DNA of 62,962 nucleotides, counting the filler, from Olpidium bornovanus S191 (lineage: Eukaryota; Fungi; Olpidiomycota): NCBI GenBank assembly GCA_017911155.1. It is 33 parts of 33 records of this genome, joined end to end, with 100 filler letters (N's around TTAATTAATTAA, not from the genome) between each part and the next. Parts side by side here need not be neighbours in the genome. Positions count along the whole stretch, not along the records: positions 1 to 2,215 come from JAEFCI010006041.1; positions 2,316 to 3,527 come from JAEFCI010011184.1; positions 3,628 to 4,859 come from JAEFCI010003725.1; positions 4,960 to 7,241 come from JAEFCI010003374.1; positions 7,342 to 9,850 come from JAEFCI010006919.1; positions 9,951 to 12,048 come from JAEFCI010002183.1; positions 12,149 to 13,226 come from JAEFCI010008219.1; 26 more parts are not named here. One strand, written 5' to 3'. Position 1 is the first letter of the stretch, and each line of letters opens with the position of its first letter. Of the stretch, positions 1 through 12,249 are shown piece after piece. Under the pieces are notes generated by a model. It searched no databases. It saw only the letters and a program-made list of their open reading frames with translations, and was not told the DNA's origin. Made by a program: the position numbers and the translations under genes.

Positions 1-1
1 T

Positions 2-124
2 GCAGCCGCAGAGAAAGCTTTGGTGGGTCGGCGCTGGGGTGAGCCGCCCACGTTGGAAGCGGTACAAGCGGCATTGGTGAACGTCGACTTTCCGCTGGCT
101 CTGTCGGTCCCTGGTGGCATGCCG
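2..124 (+). CDS. Xanthine dehydrogenase-like fragment (C-terminal part of FAD-binding domain), partial exon
   Basis: Frame from nt 2 reads AAAEKALVGRRWGEPPTLEAVQAALVNVDFPLALSVPGGMP, resembling the fungal XDH segment (L.GK.F.DP.TLE......DF.L...VPGGM). A GT follows at 125. No clean downstream exon was found. Confidence 0.5.
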
Positions 125-851
125 GTGGCATCAAAACACGGGAGTGGGTACAATGCTGATAAAGCTGGTCCAAGTTCCCAGCCATAGACCAAGCTTCAGC
201 GCACTTGATGGAATGCATAAGAAATGGGTTGTTTTTCCAAAGGAGGCGCCGCTAACCCCGAGTCGCTCGCAGCGAGAAAGTCGGCATGCCCTGCGTCTGG
301 AGCGCTAAATATCAGGAATCAGAAAAATATCACCGTTCGGGCTTGCCGCCCGCTTCTTCTGTGGGACAGAGCGAGGCCGTTCGGGACGACGACGGCGACA
401 GATTTCGCTTCGCTTTTTGCATCGAGGTGCACGGGCGCGGCCGTGACGGCCGAACTGCGTACTTTCAACGAAAGGTGCAAACTCGCTGACTCCCCGAGGG
501 AGGCCATCAACGAGACTTGCGCCAGCCTGCCAAATTAGGACCAGCTACTTGCAAGTGGGGCCGATAAGAAGCAGGATTTAATGCAGGAGTTTTTACGTGC
601 GGGTTTCGCGCGAAGTCCGGCGGTGTGGCCCTGCCGTGTGCTACGGAGAAAGGCAGATGGCATATTGTATGGCATATGATGCGCAGACGGACAAGCAGTT
701 CCCGTTGGCAGTTTGGCGTCAACGGGGCGGGGCGGCCTCCGCCAGGCGCCGCGTGGGGGGGGGGTCAGTCAGTGGTTAGGTTGGCGGAGAGCAGAGAGCG
801 GGTCGGGTGCGCCCGCGCAGCCAGCCGCCCAGGGAGGGGGGGGGGGGCGGT

Positions 852-892
<41 letters not shown>

Positions 893-965
893 CCCCCCCC
901 CCCTTAACACACACCAGCACGGCGCGCACCCACACGCAAACCAACGCACGTCAGGCGGCGTCACA

Positions 966-2209
966 ATGCCCAAGTCGAAGCGGAACAAGACCGGTGAGGG
1001 AGGGAAGCCCGACGAGCGGCGCAGGCGGGGCAAACGTCGCCTCGGCTTTCCTTTTTCCCAACGTCGTTGGCGTCTTCCTTGCCCCCGTCATCCCTTGCCG
1101 TCGTTGGCCCTGTGGAGGCTGAACGGGCGGCTGGCAATGCGCGGACCCTGTTGCCACACGGCTCTGCTGCGTTATGCCCGTGCTTTTGCGGGAGCATCGA
1201 AGGCCCAGCTGTTTTCGCGTCGGCCCAGGGCACCCCGTGCTGACGTAAGCTGCTTGCGTTTTCCACAAGTCGCGCTCACGCAGACCGGAAAGAAAGGGCG
1301 CGAGACCAAAGAGGCGCTCATCGCCAACGTCCAAAAATGTGCCAACGAGTATCAGTACATTTATGTGTTCTCTGTGGAGAACATGAGAAATTCTTTCTTG
1401 AAGGATATTCGAGCAGAGCGGAAGGGTGACAGGTGCAGTTCGTTTTAAGTTGTCTTGCCCCCCTTTCCCAAATGAGATGTGCTCATAGGCTACGCTTTTT
1501 TTTTTTTTGTTTTTGTTTCGCAGGTTTTTTTTTGGTCGGAACAAGGTCATGGCAAAGGCGTTAGGTGTGACGCCAGAAGAGGAGTTTCAAAGCGGGCTTT
1601 TCGGGGTTGCGAAGGTGATGGATGGTGGACAGTTGTTTACGAAGGCGGTGGGGGACAAAGCGAAATCAGCTGAAAAGGCAACATGACTTCTGACGTGAAA
1701 ACACCGACCGTTTGCAGGCCCTCACCGGGAACGTCGGCCTCTTATTCTCGAATGATAACCCCTTGGAAACGGCGGACTACTTCGCCGAGCGTGTGGAAGC
1801 TGACTACGCGCGGAGCGGCGTAGTCGCAGACCGCACGATCGTGTTGCCGGCTGGAGAGGTCCGGCGTGGAGAGGATCCGTTTCCAAGCAACATGGAATCC
1901 CAGCTTCGCGGCCTGGGCTTGCCCACAACTTTGAAGAAGGGGACTGTGGTCCTACCTGTGGAATTCACAATATGCAATGCCGGTGATGTTCTCAACTCTA
2001 AGCAGACCCAGTTGCTGGTAAGGCTCCGCTCTACCTCAGGCGCGCGCACCTATTGATATGTCGTTTGGCCCGCGAGCTTTAGTCGTGAGCGGTTCATGGC
2101 TAACACACGGTTTTGGACCTACCCGTAGAAATTGTTTTACCATCAGCTGTCGGAGTTCCGCTTGACACTTAAGCTCGTGTTTCATAATGGGGAGATCAAG
2201 GAACTGTAA
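966..2209 (+). CDS. MRT4: Ribosome assembly factor Mrt4 (uL10/P0 paralogue), complete, 5 exons
   Basis: Exons read MPKSKRNKT|VALTQTGKKGRETKEALIANVQKCANEYQYIYVFSVENMRN...|RFFFGRNKVMAKALG...|ALTGNVGLLFSN...ADYARSG...|KLFYHQLSEFRLTL...KEL*. GT-AG introns join these exons in frame. Confidence 0.95.
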
Positions 2210-2215
2210 AATAAA

Positions 2216-2315
2216 NNNNNNNNNNNNNNNNNNNNNNNNNNNNNNNNNNNNNNNNNNNNTTAATTAATTAANNNNNNNNNNNNNNNNNNNNNNNNNNNNN
2301 NNNNNNNNNNNNNNN
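2216..2315. other. Artificial contig spacer N44-TTAATTAATTAA-N44 (first of 32 identical copies; last at 61730-61829)
   Basis: An identical 100-bp block recurs 32 times. Its 12-mer puts stops in all six frames, and genes are cut off at its edges. Confidence 0.98.
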
Positions 2316-2369
2316 CCCCACAAAAAAAAACGAAAAAGGGATGCGCGCGCACCGCCGCCCCTTCCCTCG

Positions 2370-2434
<65 letters not shown>

Positions 2435-2439
2435 CCCCC

Positions 2440-2509
<70 letters not shown>
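2370..2509. repeat. Poly(C) tract, about 140 nt, nearly uninterrupted
   Basis: Directly visible. Similar poly-C/G tracts lie near 850-903, 3222-3266, 22200-22265, 43140-43232, 54930-55003, 56935-56980 and 57093-57184. Confidence 0.9.
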
Positions 2510-2830
2510 TTCCGGTTCGCCCGGGGGGGGGGGGGAGGTTGCGGAGGGGGACGCCCAGTAACACCAGCTTTTGTTTTTCTGTTGCACGCCAAACGCACCC
2601 TGTTCCCACCTCTTCCGTTCCTTTCCCTCAAAAGCTCCCTCTCTTCCGGCACGGCGGCTGCCTCGCCGAGGCTCCTGGTAGGACGTGGGCGGCGGCGCCG
2701 TTTGCCTTTCGAGCCAGGGAGGCGAAGAGGGGAAAGGTGGCCTGCAAGGGGCCGCCTTCCGAGCCCAAACGAGCGCCGCCAGGACGGCTGCCGAAAACGA
2801 CGAGGAGCGCCCCGCGGCGCACTCCGCCGG

Positions 2831-2870
<40 letters not shown>

Positions 2871-3220
2871 GGGCGCCCGCTTGGCCGGCGGACGTCGTCG
2901 CGCCGCGAGGACGCCTGACGAGCGCGGCGGACCGGCGCCTTTTCGTCGTCGCGCCCGCTTCGCTTTTCTGCTCTTCTTTTTTTCTCTCCCCTTCGCTCTC
3001 ACTTACTTTTTTTTTTGCCTCCTGCTTCCTTCCTCGCCGAGCAGAACGCCCGCCCGCTCTTTCGGCGCCAGCCTCGGAACCGCAGTCCGGCGGCGAGGCT
3101 GGAGTCTTTGCTACTGTGTATGGTGAGCGCTGCGGTCCTTTCTGATAACTGGTGCGCGTTCACTTTGTGACTGCGGTCTCGCGCAGGGACGGCGTTTCTC
3201 TTAGCCAGGAGGTTGGAGCG

Positions 3221-3268
<48 letters not shown>

Positions 3269-3627
3269 GAAGGGAATGGCGCGCCGCCGAAAAGAGGCGA
3301 GGCCGGTCCAGCCACGTGCCAAGTCGAACGTGTGAAACGTGAGAAAAAGTGAAGTTCTGTGCCATACAGAAATCGAAAGTTAGCAGTTTGCTAGCAATTG
3401 TCGAGCCCATGGAAAAGCCCTCCAATCGAGAGTTCCGCTTCATACTTTCGATTTCCGCAAACGGAAAATCAACGCTCTCGGAGAGAGCGGCGCCGGCCCC
3501 TCGCTGACAGTATCGCAGTCCTAGCAGNNNNNNNNNNNNNNNNNNNNNNNNNNNNNNNNNNNNNNNNNNNNTTAATTAATTAANNNNNNNNNNNNNNNNN
3601 NNNNNNNNNNNNNNNNNNNNNNNNNNN

Positions 3628-4858
3628 ATGCAATGCTGCGCTGATCGGGACCATCGTACGCAATCGAGCGACCTGAGCCGTTTTCTGGTGTCGCCCCCGT
3701 AGTTAGCGAGTCGTACGATATGCCGCCCGCTGTGCCAGTCGCGGCATGTTTCTCTTCAGACGGCGAAGATAACGGCGGAAATTTTACGGCGGAAGCGTAC
3801 ACGGAGGCCTCGTCCTGGGCGGCATCAGCCGACCTGCGGCGTCGGTTGTCTACCGCCGGTATCTTACAACTTTCGAAGGAGCCGTATTTCATTTCTGGGA
3901 ATGGGACCTTCAAGGAGCCGTCTTCCAGCATATCGCTGAGGTCGTCGGTTGGCAGATCCGAAAGCGGCTCAACATCATCTTGATCTGTTGCCTGTTCCGC
4001 GGAGACCTCCCGTTTCCCTTGTTGATCGTCCTCGAGCCCGGCTGACCGGGAAAACGATACCTTTTTCTGGAACGGCAGTGAGGGTCGTCGTTCAGGGTGT
4101 GTAATTGGCTCACCTTGCCGACTGCGGTCTTCCTTGTCTGCTGCGAGAATACCACGCGTCGCACCGTAAGGTACGTACGGCTTGGTTTCGTCCTCTGGCT
4201 TTCGCCCGTCTCGACCTTCTGAGCCGCGACGGGCCGTCGCGTGCGGAGCGGCCGGAACCGGAATAGTGGTCGCCCTGTGTTTCCCCCCGTCGCCGGAGCG
4301 TTCCTCCGTACGAACGGTCGCCCGTGATGCTCCGCCGGGGCCGAACATCACCGGAATATCGTCGCTTGGCACCTCCTGGTCCTTCTGAAGCGTCGCAATT
4401 GACCTCTCTGCTTCCGGATCGTCGTGTTGACCTGTCCCGTCGGGCTCCGCTTCGCTGATGTCCATAACTGAGCTCTGAAAGGCGCACGCATCATCAGCAG
4501 AAAGTCAAAGCAAAACGGCCCGCGCGCTGTGGCTGTCCAGAGCTCGAAACTCTCCCTCGGTGTTGGGGTCGTGCGAAGATCCGGCAGGCGAGCCTGTGAT
4601 CCCGAGCTGCGCCAGAATCTCCCCACGGTCTGCAGATTCCTTCGCTGTTGGATGCCCGTACTCGATCCCGAGGCTCTTGTTCCTGTCCTTCAGCTGGCGC
4701 AAGTTCCCGGAGATATCTACAGTTTCTATCTTCGTGACTTCTGCAGAACTCCTCCGCTCCTGGTGCTTCCCAGCAGCACCTTCGACCGTGGCTTCCCCCT
4801 CGACGTCGTGATTGAGAAACTTCTTCTTGACGATGACCTTCTCCGCTTCTTGCGCCAT
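3628..4858 (-). CDS. Hypothetical acidic/Ser-rich protein, partial, probably two exons
   Basis: Two long stop-free minus-strand frames (MAQEAEKVIVKKKFLNHDVEGE... and MDISEAEPDGTGQHDD...) have coding-like composition and fill the contig. No family was recognised. Confidence 0.45.
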
Positions 4859-5157
4859 GNNNNNNNNNNNNNNNNNNNNNNNNNNNNNNNNNNNNNNNNN
4901 NNNTTAATTAATTAANNNNNNNNNNNNNNNNNNNNNNNNNNNNNNNNNNNNNNNNNNNNGAGAGAGACGGTGAAGGGGAGAGAGAGAGAACAGAGAGAAA
5001 AGAGAGAGAGAGGGAAATAAAAAGAGACAGAGAAAGAGAGATAAAAAGAGACAGAGAGAAAGAGAGAGAAAGAGAGAGGGAGAGAGAGGGAGAGAGAAAG
5101 AGAAAGAGAATGAGGTTTTTCCCTTATCTTTTCTGCTTCTGTGTTTTTTTTTTTGAG

Positions 5158-7241
5158 GCGACTCTGGTGTCTTGGAGGACGTCGACGTGCTACTACGTGA
5201 CGGCCTCGTGGCCGAAATCCGCTCCTCAATCAACCCTCCGGAAAATGCCGAAGTCGTCTATGCGGGCGGGAGGGTAGTTACCCCAGGTTTGTGTGCCGCA
5301 GTCGTTAGGCTTGCTTTGCCTCCCTAGCGGTGTCCGGTCCTGATTATCACCCGCGTGGTTTGCAGGGCTCGTTGACATGCACAGGTAAGCGTCCGCAAGC
5401 GGTTGGCCGACGTTTCTTCCGCCGCCTGCGCCTCGCGTGCCGGCTCGCGTGCTTGCTGGTTCGTAATAAATTTTACGCACTTCCAACACAGCCATGTGGT
5501 AGGGCCTTGGGAAACCCGCGCCTTGTACGATGCGGACGCTCTGCCACGACCCTAACGTAGCAGTCTTCACTATTCTGCTACATAGGGAGTTGCAAGTTGG
5601 TGGGTCTTGCGCACAACGGTTTGCGGGGCGCTTCTGCTCGTCAAATGTTCTCTTAAGTGTTATTGCTTGTTACTGGCCCTTATTGTTGACAGGCCGTTTC
5701 TGGAAGCGACGGAGGATACGAACGAAGGCACCGGTGCGGCTCTGCCGTTTCTCCGATCCCTTGATGCATTCAACCAAGCCGACCCGGCAATCCGTATTAT
5801 TGCCTCTGGTGGAGTAACGACCTCACTTGTGGTATGTCTTACATTTTTTGCTCCTTGCCCCTTGTTCGCGTTCTCCCGGCCGTCGCCGTCATCACAAAGG
5901 AACCTTTCCTTGGCAATGTTTTTTTGTTTTTTTTTTTTTTTTTTTTTTTTTTTTGCGGAGAAACTGCTTGGAACCGGCGGCGAGCTATGTAGTAACGTCC
6001 GACCGTTCGTGACGCTTTTGTCGTTTTCACGTCAACCCAGCTGCCTGGAAGCAGTAACCTCATGGGCGGCGAGGCGTTCGCGTTCAAGATGCGCGTGCCG
6101 GAATCCAATTCGGCGGAGGACATGCTGCTAAACGCCGGTCTCGTCGAGGAGGTCGACGGTGAGACAGGCTGGCGGTGGATGAAGATGGCTTGCGGGGAGG
6201 GGAAGTTTGCGACTGGCGATTGTTATTCTGTTCCTGCTGCGGCATTCCCGTTTTCGCGCGTACGTTGACATATTTTTACGTTGTCGTCCGGTTTCACCTT
6301 TCACCTCCACCACCACCACCACACCCCCCTCCCTCTCACCTCTCCCCCTTTCGCCCTTTTTTAAAATTTGTCTTTTCGGTCCGCAGAATCCGAAAAACGC
6401 ATACGGGAAGCGCGGGATCATGCCCGCATCCCGTATGGGAAGCGCATTCATTTTCAAGGAAGTACGTCCACGTGCGCCGTGGGTGCACTTGCGGTTTTTG
6501 CGGGGAAGGGGAGCTGACCGCGGAAGGGGGGGGGAGGGAAGGGAGGGTAATTGGCGCGGGGTCGGGCTGTCACAGATTAGTAAAGGGCGTCGAGGACTTT
6601 TGCGCACTCGTCCGTTGATAGCGGCGGGCTGTTCTAATGACCGTCACCTCCGGTACGCAGCGCCTTATCAAAGCCGACGCGCTGCTTCGCCAACAGCTTG
6701 ACTGGTGTGCTGCGGCAGAGTCGTCCGATGCGGACGAGAAATCTCACGTGCCTTTCCCGGAGGCTTTTGAGTACGAGTCTTTGATCTCTCTGTTGGTGAG
6801 AGTTGGGGGCCGTCGGGCGAAATTACTGTCTTTTGCTTGTGGGCCTGCTTCGCACGCTCATGTTGTCGCCGATTATCGCGGACTTAGCGCGGCGTTGTCA
6901 AACTCAATGTCCACTGCTACACCCCGAATGACATGGTACTGGAGCGGCGAATCCGTTCCAAATTCCTTAAAATAAGTAACAGTATAACTCACGCCCCCTC
7001 CTAATCGCCTAGGAAATGATGATACGCCTGACGCGCGAGATACCCGGCCTTGAAATCTCTGCTTTCCACCACGGTCCGTGCGGTTTGCCAGTCATCGCAC
7101 GTTTTGCGGACCGGCGAGCACATGCCAGCGGCTGACAATACTTTGATGGATCCGGACGTGACCGACGGTTCCCATTGTTCTTGCGGGTGTCCGCAGCTCT
7201 GGAGGCGCACCTAATTATACCCGTTTTGAAGCGCCTGCGGA
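5158..7241 (+). CDS. Metal-dependent amidohydrolase (fungal amidohydrolase family), partial, multi-exon
   Basis: Spliced exons give VVTPG-LVDMHS, DPAIRIIASGGVTTSLV-LPGSSNLMGGEAFAFKMR, MKMACGE-NPKNAYG...SRMG, RGVVKLNVHCY and ISAFHH-ALEAHL, the expected metal-ligand motifs in order. Confidence 0.88.
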
Positions 7242-7559
7242 NNNNNNNNNNNNNNNNNNNNNNNNNNNNNNNNNNNNNNNNNNNNTTAATTAATTAANNN
7301 NNNNNNNNNNNNNNNNNNNNNNNNNNNNNNNNNNNNNNNNNCCCATGCGCCCCCCCCCCCCCCAAAAAAAAAAAAAAAAATAAAATAAAAATAAAAAATA
7401 AAACCTAGGCCTTGCGGACCCGGGCGACGGACCGGTTTGGGAAACCCGCCGTTCGGAAAGGGGGAGGGGGGAAAACTCCTTGCCGAGATTTTATCTGCCG
7501 GCAAACTCCCCACCCGCCCTCCCCGTCCCTTTACCTCACCCGAATTATACCAGAGTCTA

Positions 7560-9027
7560 GGTTATAGGTTAAGGAAAACCTCGCCCCGACAAGCCCACAT
7601 GTGCCCGCCCGTGCAGCCCGTTCTGATCCGCCCGCTCAAAAACTCGCTGCGGCGAAGCGGGTCTGCGGTCCTAATCTTGCGCCCCGGAAACGCCGAACCA
7701 GGGCGGAGATCGCCGCCAACGGCGCAGCTGCGGCTGCGGTGCTTGGCATCCGAGGAAGTCCAGCACCAGCAAGCTCAGGAGGAGGCATCTCTGCAAAGGC
7801 CACAAGCCGCCATCCATGCAGTTTGTACAATGCCGGCGCCTAGCGCTGCCTCCTTCACTGCGAGCACGCGAGCTCATTCTGCCCCTGATTTTCCTTCCCC
7901 TTCTGCACCACCCAATGCTGAAGCCTCTGTTTTTTATGCGGTGGCTGGGGAGATTTGGGACCGCCGTACTACAGTGGTTGACGATGCGTTCGCCTTCCTC
8001 GTCACCGAAGCGATCTCATCACAGGAGACATCCGACCCGGAACCAGGTAGCACCGCTGAGGCCCTGCGCCGCGAAGACTGGGATTCTGGAAAATAGCCAT
8101 CGACGAAGAAATCCAATCCCTGTTGTGCCGCGGCGTTTTTGGGGATATCGTCAAACTCCCGACATCCATCAAGCCTGCGGGATACAAATGGGTGCTTGTC
8201 TGAAAACGGGACGCCACTGTCAAGGTTATCCGGTGTAAAGGAAGACTTGTGGCACAGGGATTCTCCCAACGCGCGGGTACAGCCTGTAAGCGCTGAGATA
8301 CCGTAGCTCGCTGCGGTAGGGGCCATAATGTATCTTGCGAGCAGTACACGACCAAACATTGCATTCTCCGTGAACCTGCTGGCTTGTCACAGCGCACGAC
8401 CGGCAAAGAGACACTGGCTAGGCGTCCGCCACATCATGCATTATTTGCATGGTACTAAAAACATGGGTTTGTTCTAAAGAAACCTGCGGGTTCGCAAGCC
8501 ACTGCTGGGGCAGTTACAGGATTTGCGGATGCAGGATATTTATTTGACCTGCATAATGCTCAGTCACAATCCGGTTATGTCTTTATGCAGAATGAGGCTG
8601 CTTTCTCATGGAAGTCAGCTAAAAAAATGCTGACAGCAACCTCGACAAATCATGCAGAAATCCTAGCTCTCCACGACGCGTCAAAGGAAGCTGTATGGCT
8701 CCGTTCTCTCACTCAGCACATACAGGAAGCCTGTGGGCTACCTGTCTAAGAATGACCAATGACTCTCTATGAAGACAATTTGGCGTGCATTAAGCAGATG
8801 AAGGCCGGCTTCATCATGGGATTGACAGGACGAAGCACATTTCACCGACGTTCTACTTCACTCATGAGCTCATTGGCAAGAAGATTGACCTGCAGCACGT
8901 GAAGTCTGCGGACAACTGCGCAGATCTCTTCACCAAAGCACTGGGTTTGCAGGCTCATGAGCGGATGTGCAAAATGATCAGCATGAAGAGGCTCTCCTGC
9001 CTCTTGAGAGAGGAGATGGAGATCTAG
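7560..9027 (+). mobile_element. Degenerate Ty1/Copia LTR retrotransposon pol remnant (INT-RT spacer, RT with internal deletion, RNase H)
   Basis: Motifs in order are GEIWDRRTTVVDDAFAF...DPEP, KPAGYKWVLV*KRD...KGRLVAQGFSQR, IP*LAAVGAIMYLASSTRPNIAFSVNLL, GFADAGYL, SWKS, NHAEILALH, LYEDN, RTKHISP and ADLFTKAL. It carries stops and frameshifts. The 5' limit is approximate. Confidence 0.93.
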
Positions 9028-12000
9028 AGGGTTTGCCTCATGCGTGAGGAAACGTCCCTCTGAGGCGGAGCATGGTGGTGAACACCGGACGTCAGTTACA
9101 AGCTAGACGTGATGCCTGCGGGCAGCTCCGGCCATGGGCTTTTCCCTGACGCACTCAGTTTGTTGGGGGGGGGGGGGCGGACAAAGGGGGATAATATTAG
9201 AGATTCAATCCTGCAGACTTTTAACGCGCTTCACTTTTTTCTCACTCTTTCTTTCCGCCTTCCTCTCTTTCTCTCTCTCTCTTTCTCTCTCTCTCATGTT
9301 TACGCGTGCTTTTTCGCGCGCGGGTTTACGCGCGTTTCCTGGCTGCCAAGCTGCGTTTTCCCTCGCGCTGTCAAACTGCGCTTTCCCTTAAAACGCGCTG
9401 ACGCTGACTTTCCGTGCCGCGACCGCCCGTGTGAGACCCCCACCCCCCGCCTCCGCAACTTTTTTTTTTTTTGCATGTTCTTCCTCATTCCCAGGACGCC
9501 CCGCTGCCGGCGCGGCACAGCTTGCCCGGGTGTCCGCCCACGCCGGGGCCGCCTCGCCGCCTTTCCCCCCTCCCCAACCCCCTACGCGTGCGAAACTCCT
9601 CGCTGTCTCTGCAGTTTCCCCAAGGCGAAAATTCCTACATATCCTGCGGGAACCCCGGTTTGTCTCCGTCCCTGGGAGATGGGGAGACAACCGGCCGTCG
9701 CGCGTAGACGCCAGCAGTCGCCTTTTTGCGTGGCGCACGAGGCCCTTAGTGCCAACAACGGCCCATGGGGCCGGGTTCAGGAAAAATCCGCACACGACTC
9801 GATCGAACGTTTGGCCCTGTGCTTTTGAATGTCGGTGACGGGGGGAGAAGNNNNNNNNNNNNNNNNNNNNNNNNNNNNNNNNNNNNNNNNNNNNTTAATT
9901 AATTAANNNNNNNNNNNNNNNNNNNNNNNNNNNNNNNNNNNNNNNNNNNNCATGGCCTCTCGGCACAGCAGGCAGGCATCTCTGGTGCCACGACTTCCTC
10001 AGCGTCCTCGACTCCGAACCAAGACTCAAAAGCAAACGACCAATGACACAGAAAAACCAAAATTGAAAAACAAGACGCCGAGACACGAAAACAGACACAA
10101 GACAAAAAACCAAGACACAAAGTAAAAACACCAATACAACCCAAGACAACAAAAATGAAATAAATATAAAAAAATTTAAATTTCCTTTGGTCCCAAGGAC
10201 AACTTTCGCTTTTTGGTGACATAAGAGAAAAATTGAAAAACCAAAAAGGGTTACGTATTCCGTTTGGGCCGTACTCTTGGATTGGCCGTTGGATGTGTTT
10301 GCTTTTCTTCCTACTCTCCACGTATCGACCGGGGCGCGGAGGAGGGGGGGGGGCTGTAGGGGGATCTCTAACGCACTCGGGGATCTGGAGGCTTTCAGCG
10401 CGTGAGGGGTATAGCTCGGAGTCTTTTGATTCATGGTGGGCGCAGGTAAGGCGAAACTGGCGGCAGAAAATTATTGAATGTCACCTCAGAATCAACCTAC
10501 GCTTCTTTTTGAAACTCCCCGCATTTCTCCGCAATCGCCCGCCTGCAAATGGTGTAACTGACGCTTTCGTCAAATATCCCCACCCGCCCGTCCCAAAATG
10601 TGTCGCGTTTCGCTCATCGCCTTTACCCTCGGGTGAGTGCTGCAACTCCGTAGTTTGCCAAAGAATGGAGGCGATACTGCCTTGGTTTGATCTTGGTTAA
10701 TGCATCGCAAAATGAATTTCACTTCTCATCGAAAATCTTTCTCTATGTGCGCTTCGCACACGGCTTCAAGAGTTTATTTCATCTCCAAACATCAAGCAAC
10801 AAAAAAAAAAGCACGACGCCGGTTTCCGCTGACCCCAGGGCAATCGAACGGTTGGACACGTGCGTTAAAACCCGTTTCTTTTGCCACAGCTCTGCTGTCG
10901 GCGCCAAGCCTGCAAACCGTAGAGAGGCGCGACCTGGGGAGAGGTTGTTGGCGAATGCGGATGACTAATTGAATCCTCCAGTTCTCGTGGGCTTTCCGCA
11001 ATGCGGCGGGTTCCCTCGGCCAAACGCATGAAATTCTCTCGTTGCGCCACAGCGCTGCCGCTGCCCAGCGAAGCCGATCGTGCTGGACATCACCTCACAG
11101 GTCGCGCACGCCCGTGGCCATCCTGACTGATCTTGGCCACATGGTCTGCACGGCAATCGGCACCCGGGACGTTTTAGCGCTTGAGGGTCAATGACTCTGC
11201 GCATTGGCGTCGCTTGATGCGGAGACCGGCGGCGTCGCGCCCGACTTTGCTGTCGCCCGAGCCGGCCGCAAATCGACAGAACGGCCCCGCCGCCCGGATC
11301 GCAGGGAGACGCGTCCCGATGAGCCAGCATCGAGCGGCCACCGCGCCGCTGTTGGCAGCGCCGAGCGGCGCCAGAATCGCTGGCAAAATTGGGGCGCCAC
11401 GCGTCCGAGCGGACCCGCGCAGAAGGCGTTTGTCTTCCAGAAACGGCCGAACTTCCGCTGACCTAGCGCAACGTCCCCGATTCAGCTGCGCGGCGCGCAC
11501 CCCGCTCGCAGGAACGGCCCTCCGGCTGAACAAGGCCCGCGACGCTCCAACGATCGTCTGGCGCGCGGCGCAGCCAGCGTCACAAAAATTTGACTTTGGA
11601 CCCGAACCAACGCCGAGCAAATTTCGGTGCGTACCTCAGCCCGCGGACGAGATCCAAGAAGCAGATTTTGCCGAAAGACCGTGCGCCCCCTTGTGAAAAG
11701 TGTCTTCCTTTTATGCTCGGCCACTCGGGCTTTCCTTTGCGGAGCGGAAACTTTGTCCCCACGTCATTGTACACGCGCACACGACATCTTTGTATGTCGA
11801 TGGGAGCAGCCGCTCCTCGGCCGGCCGGAGAAAACGGCGAACGGCGTACCTGTGGGGTCCGGGGCGCCCGATGCAAAATGCGTCGGGGCCTTGAGAAGAT
11901 CGAAAAACGCCTGCACCGCGAAGCCAACGTTTATCGCGCGTTCATACATTGTAGATATTTATTGACATAGATATTAGAATTTATAAATATATACTATTCA

Positions 12001-12149
12001 ATAATATCATACAATTGTAACAGTGGAAATGTCACGATATGAACCATGNNNNNNNNNNNNNNNNNNNNNNNNNNNNNNNNNNNNNNNNNNNNTTAATTAA
12101 TTAANNNNNNNNNNNNNNNNNNNNNNNNNNNNNNNNNNNNNNNNNNNNC

Positions 12150-12216
12150 ATGGGCGGCGAGTTATGCGAGCACGTCCGGCGGGATGCCGCTGCGGCCGCC
12201 GGGCACGACTACGACT

Positions 12217-12249
<33 letters not shown>

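Noticed and set aside
2260-2271. Regularly recurring TTAATTAATTAA with unique intervening sequence, superficially like a CRISPR array or dispersed repeat
   Set aside because: It is always centred in exactly 44+44 Ns and truncates genes. It is an artificial concatenation linker.
2341-3126. Long poly-Pro/poly-Gly/poly-Lys/poly-Phe ORFs here and at many other sites in the ORF track
   Set aside because: They arise from homopolymer tracts that lack stop codons, and several lie inside introns of identified genes.
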